Below, one piece after another: positions 50,492 to 58,922 of a DNA stretch of 64,000 nucleotides; positions within the stretch are counted from its first letter, which is position 1, and every line of letters begins with the position of its first letter. The notes under the pieces are model-generated. The model was not told where the DNA came from and ran no database searches. It saw nothing but the letters and a program-made list of their open reading frames with translations. Made by a program: the position numbers and the translations under genes. The stretch lies in the IMG/VR virus record IMGVR_UViG_3300037508_001008, positions 3,139 to 67,138 of that record; one strand, given 5' to 3'. This DNA is from a virus.

Positions 50492-50676
50492 GACCCTCGT
50501 CCCACAAGCCGCTACTTGAAAGAGAGTAGCCGGGGTGAACACTCCTAACCTGGGAACAGAATGGAGGCAACTCGTCCCTACCCTGGGGATCTTCGGATCC
50601 CTGGGGTAGAGACCCTACCCTTTTTTTTGAGGATAGGGGAAAGGCCCCTAGCTCATTCTCTTGAAAGGGGAATATA

Positions 50677-50820
50677 ATGGGTCAACCATATGAATGCATG
50701 GATGGGGTGTGTCAGGACGTAGTGTCCTGGTCACCTATGGGAATTGCAGCTGCAGTAGCCATTACGGTTATAGCTGTTTGCATCATTGCTTACGTTGTTG
50801 GAGAAATCCGACGCAAATAA
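50677..50820 (+). CDS. Small single-TM protein (unit 6, 47 aa)
   Basis: MGQPYECMDGVCQDVVSWSPMGIAAAVAITVIAVCIIAYVVGEIRRK; below the ORF track cutoff. Confidence 0.65.
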   Translation: MGQPYECMDGVCQDVVSWSPMGIAAAVAITVIAVCIIAYVVGEIRRK

Positions 50821-50936
50821 GCAAGTAAGTAAGTAGTTGAGTTGTTCCCCGGGGATTGGCAGAGATGCTGGTCCTCGGGGAAACTTCTTTTTTGACCATA
50901 GACCCCCGAACAACCGAAGGGGTCAGAAAGGTTGTC

Positions 50937-51224
50937 GTGAAGAACGAATGCGTTTCCTGTGGGAAACAGTATAGCAATGCAAAGTACACACTGCCCGTCC
51001 TCCCTAATGGAGAAATGGGTTACTGCGCTAGTTGCAGAAAGGAGGTAATGCAATTGGAAGACATGTATGGTGAGCCTGCAGCTTACCACGACAACATGTG
51101 TCAAAATGCTGACTACAACGGCAGCATTAATATGTTGGAAAAGCGTTATAACCAATGGCGTCATGTAGAAAGAAAGTTGCGTCTTATCTGTGAAGTAATT
51201 ACACAGATAAACCGACGCAAGTAA
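50937..51224 (+). CDS. Zinc-finger protein (unit 7)
   Basis: GTG start after GAAAGG; CVSC...CASC. Confidence 0.65.
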   Translation: MKNECVSCGKQYSNAKYTLPVLPNGEMGYCASCRKEVMQLEDMYGEPAAYHDNMCQNADYNGSINMLEKRYNQWRHVERKLRLICEVITQINRRK

Positions 51225-51340
51225 ATTAGTTAAGTTAGTTAAGTTAGTTGAAGTTGTTTCCCCTGGGGCATTTGCCTTGGGGGAAACTTCTTTTTTTGGG
51301 ATAGATCAACCGGATCAGTCCATAACAGAAAGGGGCTATC

Positions 51341-51586
51341 ATGGCCTTGTTATTTCAAGAAGGAAAGGTGATTGGCTCCCAGCCTTCACCGAACATTGGG
51401 GATGTCTTGGACTTCCACAACTGCTTCGGAAAAGTCCTGGGATATGATGATCCTGTATCAACAAGCGAAATCTCGCAAGAGATTAGACTGTGGGTCCAGG
51501 ACCTGAATAACTTTTCCCTGTTTGAGGCTGTGTTGGTAAACACTTACCTCGGTATGGGGGAGTGGAGAATGCGCGTTCGTCGCTGA
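51341..51586 (+). CDS. Hypothetical protein (unit 8)
   Basis: GAAAGGGG RBS; bounded by junctions. Confidence 0.65.
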   Translation: MALLFQEGKVIGSQPSPNIGDVLDFHNCFGKVLGYDDPVSTSEISQEIRLWVQDLNNFSLFEAVLVNTYLGMGEWRMRVRR

Positions 51587-51591
51587 CTCCA

Positions 51592-51618
51592 TAAGTAAGT
51601 AAGTAAGTAAGTAAGTAA
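51592..51618 (+). repeat. (TAAG)6 tandem repeat; related tracts at 50185, 50818, 51222, 53585
   Basis: Seen directly between stop codon and hairpin. Confidence 0.9.
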
Positions 51619-51700
51619 AGGTTGTCCCTGGGGAGAAATCCCTGGGGACTTCCTTTTTGCCAATAGACCATCGGGGTCGAAGGCAAGGAGGAAACAGAAA

Positions 51701-52168
51701 ATGGCAAAACGCAAGAGAAAGGAGCGGAAGGAGAATTGGAGTAAAATCCAACCTCTTCAACCGAAGTATAAAGAGGATGGATACGATTTTCATCCTCCCT
51801 TTACGGAAGTTGACTTCTTCGTTGGTGAAGTAGACCAGATCTGCAAAGATCATGGCTACTACATCAATGTAGTCACCTTTCTTGTCCCGACCCAGTTCTT
51901 TCTGCAGAGCAGGGAGAACCCGAACGAGAACTACTACGTTCGCACTCGTGGATACCGCTGGTCGGTAACACAAGTCAACGAAGAGAGTTTTAGTTCAGGC
52001 GAACTGCTGATCTTTAAAGAGGTTGAAACCGTTTCTGACGGCATGAAGATCGGTAAGGGTGTCAGGGGCACTCAACCCACAGCTCTCATCGCAGAGGGCC
52101 TATGGGAGCAGGGGCTTCGTACATTAACAGATATTTTGTTAGTCATAGAAGCCAATCGTCTCAAATAG
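51701..52168 (+). CDS. Hypothetical protein (unit 9)
   Basis: AAGGAGG RBS. Confidence 0.75.
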   Translation: MAKRKRKERKENWSKIQPLQPKYKEDGYDFHPPFTEVDFFVGEVDQICKDHGYYINVVTFLVPTQFFLQSRENPNENYYVRTRGYRWSVTQVNEESFSSGELLIFKEVETVSDGMKIGKGVRGTQPTALIAEGLWEQGLRTLTDILLVIEANRLK

Positions 52169-52281
52169 ACGATCAGTCACGTTAATCCACTATCCCAGGG
52201 GGGGGCTTCGGTCTCCCTCTGGGAAGGAGGTCTCTTTTTTGCCAATAGACCATCGGGGTCGAAGGCAAAGGAGAAAACAAA

Positions 52282-52527
52282 ATGAAATGGCAAGATCAAG
52301 GCGCCTGTAAGGGTGTCACAGAACACGCAATATTCTTCCCAAACACAAACGAGAAAGGATGGCAGGCCAAACAAGCCAAGGCAATAACAATTTGCCGAGG
52401 CTGCCAAGTCAAGGAGGAGTGCCTCAACCATGCCCTCCAAAATGATGAACACTTCGGTGTTTGGGGCGGGACCACCGAAAGGGGACGCCGAAGGATCAGG
52501 AGTCTCAGGCTCCAGGTCCAAAGCTGA
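52282..52527 (+). CDS. whiB: WhiB family Fe-S transcription regulator (unit 10)
   Basis: W...AC, FFP, CRGCQVKEECL, GVWGGTTERGRR. Confidence 0.95.
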   Translation: MKWQDQGACKGVTEHAIFFPNTNEKGWQAKQAKAITICRGCQVKEECLNHALQNDEHFGVWGGTTERGRRRIRSLRLQVQS

Positions 52528-52625
52528 CAAAAAGGGTATGCCCTCTTCTACGCAACCAGCGTAGGAGGGGGTTCCCCTTTTTGCCAATAGACCATCGGGG
52601 TCGAAGGCAAAGGAGAAAACAGAAA

Positions 52626-52862
52626 ATGAAACAAAAGTTCAGAATTGATGAATGGTGCAAACTCATCATGAACCACGAGCCATATCAGCTCACTTTCGAA
52701 TACGACCGCGATATAGACGCGTACTACGCGTTAATCAAAGATTTTTGGGGTCGGAATGTGTCTGACATTGCATTCATGGACGAAATTGACGGAGAGATGT
52801 GGCCTGTCTACCAAACCTCCGACATTCTTTCGAATTCCGCGTTAGACCTCGACTGGGACTGA
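52626..52862 (+). CDS. Acidic hypothetical protein (unit 11)
   Basis: AAGGAG RBS in the shared leader. Confidence 0.7.
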   Translation: MKQKFRIDEWCKLIMNHEPYQLTFEYDRDIDAYYALIKDFWGRNVSDIAFMDEIDGEMWPVYQTSDILSNSALDLDWD

Positions 52863-53033
52863 GACGATACGGAAACATTTGAGTAGTACTCTCTGAAAAA
52901 TGATGACGACGACAATCCATGGGAGTAGTCACCCCATGAAGAAGGATGTCCCCTTGAACCTCTCGTATGGGTTCAGGGGACTCCCCTTTTGCCGATAGGC
53001 CATCGGGGCCGAAGGCAAAGGAGAAAACAGAAA

Positions 53034-53570
53034 ATGAAACATAAAAATCCATATAAAAGAGTCAAGCAGTTGCTTGAATCTTTTGAAATTGCAAATGGAC
53101 CAATTGAAATCCGTGAAATTACAAATGGACCAATTGAAATCGGTCAAGTAAGGTCAATCAGTGTTCAGTTGGATGATGGAAGTCTGCAACGATATGTTGC
53201 TGTGGCTTCAATGCCAGAACAAGCTTTTGTTCAAATCATTCTCATTGGAGATGATGAGCAGGGGGCTGGCTACAACGACATCATTCTTGAACAAAATGAA
53301 CGACCAATGCCGCTTTCGTCTGTCTTACAAACAGACTGGACATTTGGGGTTTTAATTGAAGATTTGGGGCCGGTTTATTCCACCTTAAGTCAGGAAACAC
53401 TTAATCTTGTTTCCAAAATGAATAATTGGTCGGGACGGGATTTGTCTCGCGTTGGGTTTCATCCCAATGACCAAGACCCAAACCGGATTGAAATAATTGA
53501 AGAGAACTTCCAAGTTTCCCATTGGGCGCTGGGTCGTGTTTTAAGTCATTTAGAAAATCTGGAAAACTAA
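53034..53570 (+). CDS. Hypothetical protein with a possible PemK/MazF-like fold (unit 12)
   Basis: GQV...RYVAVAS...VQIILI...SVLQTD...LG..YSTLS..TLNLV spacing; 30-bp tandem duplication (EI.NGPIEI x2). Confidence 0.45.
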   Translation: MKHKNPYKRVKQLLESFEIANGPIEIREITNGPIEIGQVRSISVQLDDGSLQRYVAVASMPEQAFVQIILIGDDEQGAGYNDIILEQNERPMPLSSVLQTDWTFGVLIEDLGPVYSTLSQETLNLVSKMNNWSGRDLSRVGFHPNDQDPNRIEIIEENFQVSHWALGRVLSHLENLEN

Positions 53571-53691
53571 TTTAATTTTTAACGTAAGTAAGTAAAAGGT
53601 TTGTTCCCGGGGATTTCGGTCCTCGGGAACTTCCTTTTTTTGAGGATAGGGGAAAGGCCCCTAGCTCATTCTCTTGAAAGGAGGTGAAAAC

Positions 53692-53886
53692 ATGGATGAA
53701 TACATTGAATACTTGAAGGAGGTAGCGGACCAAGCAATCCGCCACATCTCCGACTGCACGTGTGATCCTTGGCACGTGTGCCGACCCAGAGAGCGTCTCA
53801 TTGACGAACTCAATGGGATCACACATGGATATTCCCGCAACACAAGTGCGTTCCGGGAAGACTACAAGTTTTGGTGGAATTGCTGA
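53692..53886 (+). CDS. Small Cys-containing protein (unit 13)
   Basis: AAGGAGGTG RBS. Confidence 0.7.
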   Translation: MDEYIEYLKEVADQAIRHISDCTCDPWHVCRPRERLIDELNGITHGYSRNTSAFREDYKFWWNC

Positions 53887-53997
53887 GATATTCAGCCACT
53901 AAGTAGTCACATAAAGGTCGTCCCTAGGGAGAAATCCCTGGGGACTTCCTTTTTGCCGATAGGCCATCGGGGCCGAAGGCAAAGGAGAAATACAACA

Positions 53998-54453
53998 ATG
54001 GAAAACAATAACGAAACTCGAGCCGTGTTCATCAACGCGGGAGAGAACCGTGTTATGCTCAACCCGCTCAAGGGGCAATGGGAACACAAGGGCAAGAAAG
54101 TAAACTTGTGGTTCGATGTCCCTAACGGCGCGCGCGAGTTCGTCGTTGACGCCCTACAGAAGACCATGATGGTCAACGACAAGGGTCAGCAGGTCATGGT
54201 GAACTCAAACGTGATCATCTGGGAAATGCCCACGAACCTCATGGTGTTGAATAAGAACGCCAAGAATGAGTGGTATTTCACTGTCACGATCAACGACGAT
54301 GGCTTGGAAGAATGGTTAGATATGGTCACCGAAAACGTCCGTCCAAAGGGCGCAATCAGTGAGAAGAATGAACCAGTCATCAGCGACGCTCGAGCAAAGC
54401 TGCAAGAGAAGTTGGCTCAAATCAAGAAGATCGACGAAGACTTCGATTTCTGA
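53998..54453 (+). CDS. Possible ssDNA-binding protein, paralog of 58981-59481 (unit 14)
   Basis: Beta-rich, acidic tail DEDFDF; shared NAGE, PNG.RE, WEM and L.EWL motifs. Confidence 0.5.
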   Translation: MENNNETRAVFINAGENRVMLNPLKGQWEHKGKKVNLWFDVPNGAREFVVDALQKTMMVNDKGQQVMVNSNVIIWEMPTNLMVLNKNAKNEWYFTVTINDDGLEEWLDMVTENVRPKGAISEKNEPVISDARAKLQEKLAQIKKIDEDFDF

Positions 54454-54566
54454 TCCACGGTAAAGCTAGCGAAAGGGTATGCCCTCTTCTACGCAACCAG
54501 CGTAGGAGGGGGTTCCCCTTTTTGCCAATAGACCATCGGGGTCGAAGGCAAAGGAGAAATACAACA

Positions 54567-55121
54567 ATGGATAACAAGGAAAAATCCCGCAAGCAGGTGT
54601 ATCGAGAGATTCGCCAGCGTCAGAAAGCTCAGATCAAGAAGGCCAGAAAGAAGGCCAGAATTCAGGAAAAGGCCTACAAAAAGGTCAATCCATTTTGGAC
54701 ATTCTTTATCCTTCTCACCTCAGCATGGGTGCAGACTGCAGGGTTCAAGGTTGACAAGAAGGGACGTCCCTTCTTCTCGGTCAAGTTCAAGACCGAAGGC
54801 CAGCCAAAGGCTCACCTTGTCAAGACCGCATGCGTTTGGCGGGATGACAAGGGCAGTTACCGCGTTCTCATGAACGTCTCTCGCAGTTACTGGTTTCGTG
54901 TCTACCATGAAAACGGTAGCTACGAGATGAAGGAAGCCACCAAGCACTACAGCATTAGCTTTCTTCTGAAGAACCAGAAGACAGTGCCTGTGTTAATCAA
55001 TCAGAAGGTGATGATCGGTTTCTTGCCGATTGAACTGGATGACATGATGAACGCGATCATGGACCGTGCCTTGGGGTTGGACATTCCAGTTCCGCAGAAC
55101 ACGGACGACGAGCCGTTCTGA
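54567..55121 (+). CDS. Basic protein with an SSB-like acidic tail (unit 15)
   Basis: Basic N-terminal helix; ends NTDDEPF. Confidence 0.55.
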   Translation: MDNKEKSRKQVYREIRQRQKAQIKKARKKARIQEKAYKKVNPFWTFFILLTSAWVQTAGFKVDKKGRPFFSVKFKTEGQPKAHLVKTACVWRDDKGSYRVLMNVSRSYWFRVYHENGSYEMKEATKHYSISFLLKNQKTVPVLINQKVMIGFLPIELDDMMNAIMDRALGLDIPVPQNTDDEPF

Positions 55122-55270
55122 CAGGAGGTTTTAGTCCTCTCTACCTACGCAGCCAGCGTAGTTAGGGAGGACTTTCCTCTTATGTATAGTTATTTAGTAT
55201 TAATTAAAACTTCTTTTTTGCGCCTAGGCCATCGGCCTTACCTCAGATAGGGGGCGCAAAGGAGGGCATC

Positions 55271-57781
55271 ATGCCCAATAACAAGGAGCCTGAACAGGGC
55301 ACCGAGGCCGCCGGACCTACTCCGGCAACCCGCGAGAGGGATGTCCGACAGGGCTTCTTTCACGGGATCGTAAAGCGCACAGGTCGCTGGCTTCGGCTGG
55401 TGTCAGGTGCACCTCTCCTCTCAGGAGATGAGGTATTTGAAGAGTTTGAGGGAGGGCCTTATGCCCCCGCATTCCTCATGCACTTCTTTGCTGATCGATT
55501 CCGCGTTGAAGTCCGAAAGGTCAACGAGAAGGCGCTTAAGGGCGTCAAGCCGGTGATCAAGTCGGATGGACCCGTGGTACTTCCCACGCCAATCTCTAGC
55601 GAAGTGATTCGCTTCAGTACGGCGTCAGAGCAGTACGTTGTCCGAGTTAAGGGCAATGACGGCTGGCTTGCCTCTTTCAAGGAGATCGGTCTTTTGATCG
55701 GTAATTCGAAGAAGATGAGCAAGCGTCTCGTGGAGCTTGTGCGCTTGTCGTGCATGTGGCTCTATCGAGATGCCAAAAATGCTCTGAAAGTGGAAGTCAT
55801 CGACCATAAGGCGTTGGGCATGCCCGACAGCTACGTGGACGGTGCTACCGCAATCTCCAAGGGATTGGCTATCAAGTGCGTGAAGTCGAATACTTCGTCT
55901 TCGCGTGCTTGGCGAGCTCGTCACATCTGGGCGATCCGCAGTGGTAAAACCGCTGTTGTTCAGATCCGGATGATGTGCGAACTGGGCTTGATTAAGGGTA
56001 ATGCCGTAATCGTGTCCAAGTCAATGATGAACGGTTTCGACATTCGTACGTTTGAGCCAAACATTAAGACTGAGGTTCGCACCTCTGGGTGGCAGTGGTT
56101 GACGATTGAACCGACATATGGGGCTATCCCTGTAAAGTCGGACGATCAAACCCATGCCATCTATCGGCGTGTGGAAGGTCTTTATGACTCAACCACGTTA
56201 CTCGATACTCTTCAGAAGAGCCTGGAGCAATTCTTCCAGGACCTAAAAGAGGGTAAGAGGTCTGAGTGGATGGAAAAGTTGGCAGATAATGCCGACGAAC
56301 TCCTTCACGAAGATGAGGAGGACAAGTTCGGTCAAAACCGAGGAATGGTCCAGCTGATTCAGGAAACGGTTGCTAAGCTTAATAGGCTTGGTGTACCTCT
56401 ACTGAGCTGTCAGACCCTCTTGTTCATGTCCGTGAGAGGACTCACACTGTCATTGCTTGGCGATAGACGGGATGAGTTTAATCACGAAGTGAAGGGTGAA
56501 GTATGGCGTGATAAGAATCGGCACTGGTTTCCCGTGCCGTGGGCGTATGCCGCTCACGTTTATACAAAGGAGGTACTGGAAATCTTTGGGTACAAGATGC
56601 CCAAAGGTAACCATGCCTTCTACCACGAGCAGACTCACAGCTTCGTGGTACCTGGTAAATTCTTTGAGGTTAACTTAAAGAATCATGGTGGTCCAGACTT
56701 AGATGATACGGTGAAGGTTCATATTCGCCGTGTCCGTCATAAGAATGGGCGAATCCAGACAATGGCAATCATAATGCGCAACCCGAACGATTTCGGGGAG
56801 TGGTCAATGATTTCCGTTGGCAAGGACATGGGACCTGTATTCCATGCCTACGACCAGGAACCGCCAATGGTAGATTTGGAACAGCTAACCAAGTTCGTTC
56901 CACAATTTACGAAGCTGGAGAAGAGACTGAATATTGGTACTTTACCGGCCATGAAGAATCCACCCAAATTGGGACCGGAGTTTTCGTTGTCCGATGAAGC
57001 CAGAATCAGACTCGCTGCAATGGGTTTTCCGCCAGGCGTTGGAGGGACTGTAATCCCGAAGATGATCTGGAACGCACTCCTTGATCAGCCGATCATGAAT
57101 CTTGTAGACTTGAACGAGAACATCATTGACGTTCTCCAACAAGGTCAGGGCTCTACGGCTGACACAAATGCCATCAAGCAATGGGTGGCAGATGTGTTTC
57201 TCGATCTTGGTCAGCAATTGAGTTTCAAACTGGATCCATTCTGGTTCCATACTCGAATGCCAAAGCCAATTATTGAGGAACAGGGATGGCAAGCCGATGA
57301 GGCAGAAAATTCCTCGTGGATGACCCTTCACCTGGAGAGGGAGTCAATGGCTCGTAAATACATTAAGGAAATGACGGATTGGCTTAATTGTCAGATCGTT
57401 ATGCCTGAAGTATTGTCGAACATTGACTTTACGAACCAGGAATACACCAATGGTAACATTAAGTTGGCCAAGGTGCGTTCCGATTATCGACGTATCATTA
57501 AGATGCAATCTAGTGAAGCGTGGGTAAATTGGTTCTCCGGAAAGTTGGCTGAGTCTGATGAAGACGATGAGCGTGGTGAAGAGTATACGGATCGTATGAT
57601 CTTACTACTCGCTCAACGCGCAATTGTCCAGAAGAAGGCGAGCCATCGATCCAATTACGACCAGTGGCTGTATTCGTTCTCTACGAAGAGCGAACGGCAC
57701 CCGGTAGATTGGTATATCCGGGCTCTCCGACGGGTACAGGATGGAACCTACGATTGGTTTCGTTCCAACAGTCAGCCCTAA
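55271..57781 (+). CDS. Putative single-chain two-barrel RNA polymerase, YonO/RNAi-RdRP-like (unit 16)
   Basis: D190GATAISKGLA, Q231IR..LIK242G, GGPD476LDD, IMR503NP, GVGGTV, ENIIDVLQQG. Confidence 0.65.
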   Translation: MPNNKEPEQGTEAAGPTPATRERDVRQGFFHGIVKRTGRWLRLVSGAPLLSGDEVFEEFEGGPYAPAFLMHFFADRFRVEVRKVNEKALKGVKPVIKSDGPVVLPTPISSEVIRFSTASEQYVVRVKGNDGWLASFKEIGLLIGNSKKMSKRLVELVRLSCMWLYRDAKNALKVEVIDHKALGMPDSYVDGATAISKGLAIKCVKSNTSSSRAWRARHIWAIRSGKTAVVQIRMMCELGLIKGNAVIVSKSMMNGFDIRTFEPNIKTEVRTSGWQWLTIEPTYGAIPVKSDDQTHAIYRRVEGLYDSTTLLDTLQKSLEQFFQDLKEGKRSEWMEKLADNADELLHEDEEDKFGQNRGMVQLIQETVAKLNRLGVPLLSCQTLLFMSVRGLTLSLLGDRRDEFNHEVKGEVWRDKNRHWFPVPWAYAAHVYTKEVLEIFGYKMPKGNHAFYHEQTHSFVVPGKFFEVNLKNHGGPDLDDTVKVHIRRVRHKNGRIQTMAIIMRNPNDFGEWSMISVGKDMGPVFHAYDQEPPMVDLEQLTKFVPQFTKLEKRLNIGTLPAMKNPPKLGPEFSLSDEARIRLAAMGFPPGVGGTVIPKMIWNALLDQPIMNLVDLNENIIDVLQQGQGSTADTNAIKQWVADVFLDLGQQLSFKLDPFWFHTRMPKPIIEEQGWQADEAENSSWMTLHLERESMARKYIKEMTDWLNCQIVMPEVLSNIDFTNQEYTNGNIKLAKVRSDYRRIIKMQSSEAWVNWFSGKLAESDEDDERGEEYTDRMILLLAQRAIVQKKASHRSNYDQWLYSFSTKSERHPVDWYIRALRRVQDGTYDWFRSNSQP

Positions 57782-57909
57782 TTAGAGGGATCAAGTAGCC
57801 ACTTAATGTGGTGAATGTCACAAGAGGAGCCTCTGCTACACATCCAGTGTAGTTAGAGGCTCTTCTTTTTTGCCTAGGCCATCGGGGCCAACGGTAAGGA
57901 GAAACAGAA

Positions 57910-58329
57910 ATGAAAAAGACAACAAAGAAGGCGCAGGCCAAAAAGGTGTCCCGAGAGGAGCTAATCGATCAGATCGAAAAGCTGTTCGAAGGAGGCCAAA
58001 AAGCGTTGAACCTCACGCAAAAGCGAAACATCCTGAAGAAATTGCAGGAGTTCCGAAACAGCGAATTGGAATTCAACGCCGAACTGGCTCAGCAAATCAT
58101 TGAGGCTCTTGCCAAGTACCAGGGAATGAAGAAGGTTGCTACTACACCTCAGCCCCTCAACCCACAGGGGAAAGCCCAGGTCAAGTGCCTTGGCTACTGG
58201 AACTCAAACGGCAAGCATGTGTGCGAAGAAATCCTTGAGGGAACCCGACAGGAAATCGGACGCAAGGCCAATCGGTGCGAAAGCTGCCGAAAGGAATACA
58301 CGCCTCTCAAGGCAATCAGCAACAGCTGA
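57910..58329 (+). CDS. Helical protein with a C-terminal zinc finger (unit 17)
   Basis: AAGGAG RBS; C..C..CESC. Confidence 0.7.
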   Translation: MKKTTKKAQAKKVSREELIDQIEKLFEGGQKALNLTQKRNILKKLQEFRNSELEFNAELAQQIIEALAKYQGMKKVATTPQPLNPQGKAQVKCLGYWNSNGKHVCEEILEGTRQEIGRKANRCESCRKEYTPLKAISNS

Positions 58330-58436
58330 TCACAAAAGCAACACAAAAGGGTTTTGTCCCCTCCTACGTTCAGTACGTGGGTAGGGGACTTCCCTTTTTC
58401 GCCTAGGCCATCGGGGCCAACGGTAAGGAGGGCATT

Positions 58437-58664
58437 ATGCCTAAGAAAAACAAATTCAGAAAGTACAACTTGGACAACCGAGATTGCGACTACTGTGGAG
58501 AATTTCACTGGGCGGGTGAAATGACTTACCTGGGAAACATTCCGGGAAGAGGACAGACATTCATCTGCTCAAAGTGTGAGCTTCGGAGGAACGCAATCCA
58601 GAAAGCCAAGAAAGTGAAGAAAGAGCGAGAAGACCTCAAGGCATCGCAGCCAAAGTTGTTCTGA
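58437..58664 (+). CDS. Zinc-finger protein (unit 18)
   Basis: CDYC...CSKC; AAGGAGG RBS. Confidence 0.7.
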   Translation: MPKKNKFRKYNLDNRDCDYCGEFHWAGEMTYLGNIPGRGQTFICSKCELRRNAIQKAKKVKKEREDLKASQPKLF

Positions 58665-58671
58665 AGCTAAG

Positions 58672-58723
58672 AGAGTAAGGTCATCATTCATATTGACAAC
58701 ATGGATGATGACCTTCTCTTTTT
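58672..58723 (+). terminator. Intrinsic terminator
   Basis: AAGGTCATCAT/ATGATGACCTT-type stem followed by a T-run. Confidence 0.7.
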
Positions 58724-58832
58724 CTTATAGTATATTAGTCTTTTTTTATTTATAGCTGGCTAGGCGCATTCTAAACCCCTTCGGGGGGTGTGAATACACC
58801 TCTAGCGAAAAGAATGTAGTGAAAGTCACTCA

Positions 58833-58922
58833 TTCTAAAAAGAAGGGATTAACTTCCTTCTAAAAAGAAGGGATTCTCTTCATTCTAAAAAGAAGGGACT
58901 AACTTCCTTCTAAAAAGAAGGG
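58833..58922 (+). repeat. Four TTCTAAAAAGAAGGG direct repeats with a 25-bp period
   Basis: Copies start at 58833, 58858, 58883, 58908; single AAAAAGAAGGG copies near 59608, 59968, 60557, 61058, 63920. Confidence 0.92.

Larger units (their letters stand above)
48653..58436 (+). repeat. 17 intergenic junction elements: long hairpin + T-run + G/C..TAG(A/G)CC leader hairpin + RBS
   Basis: T-runs start at 48697, 49185, 49866, 50255, 50621, 50888, 51291, 51654, 52235, 52578, 52987, 53635, 53950, 54519, 55214, 57866, 58395. Confidence 0.92.

Noticed and set aside
50143-54182. Minus-strand ORFs across the array, including LLTYLLTY-containing ones
   Set aside because: Antisense shadows of the plus-strand genes, junction repeats and TAAG tracts; no RBS support
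52461-54566. Shared N-terminal peptide MPI(D/G)HRGRRQRR in ORFs 52461, 52989, 53953, 54522
   Set aside because: It is the translated leader repeat; true starts lie after the AAGGAG RBS at 52626, 53034, 53998 and 54567
48653-58436. Classical integron with attC sites
   Set aside because: No RYYYAAC/GTTRRRY core boxes and no tyrosine integrase in the window; only the cassette logic is analogous
58833-58922. CRISPR mini-array
   Set aside because: Repeat is 15 bp with 10-bp spacers that themselves repeat (a 50-bp duplication); no cas genes in the window
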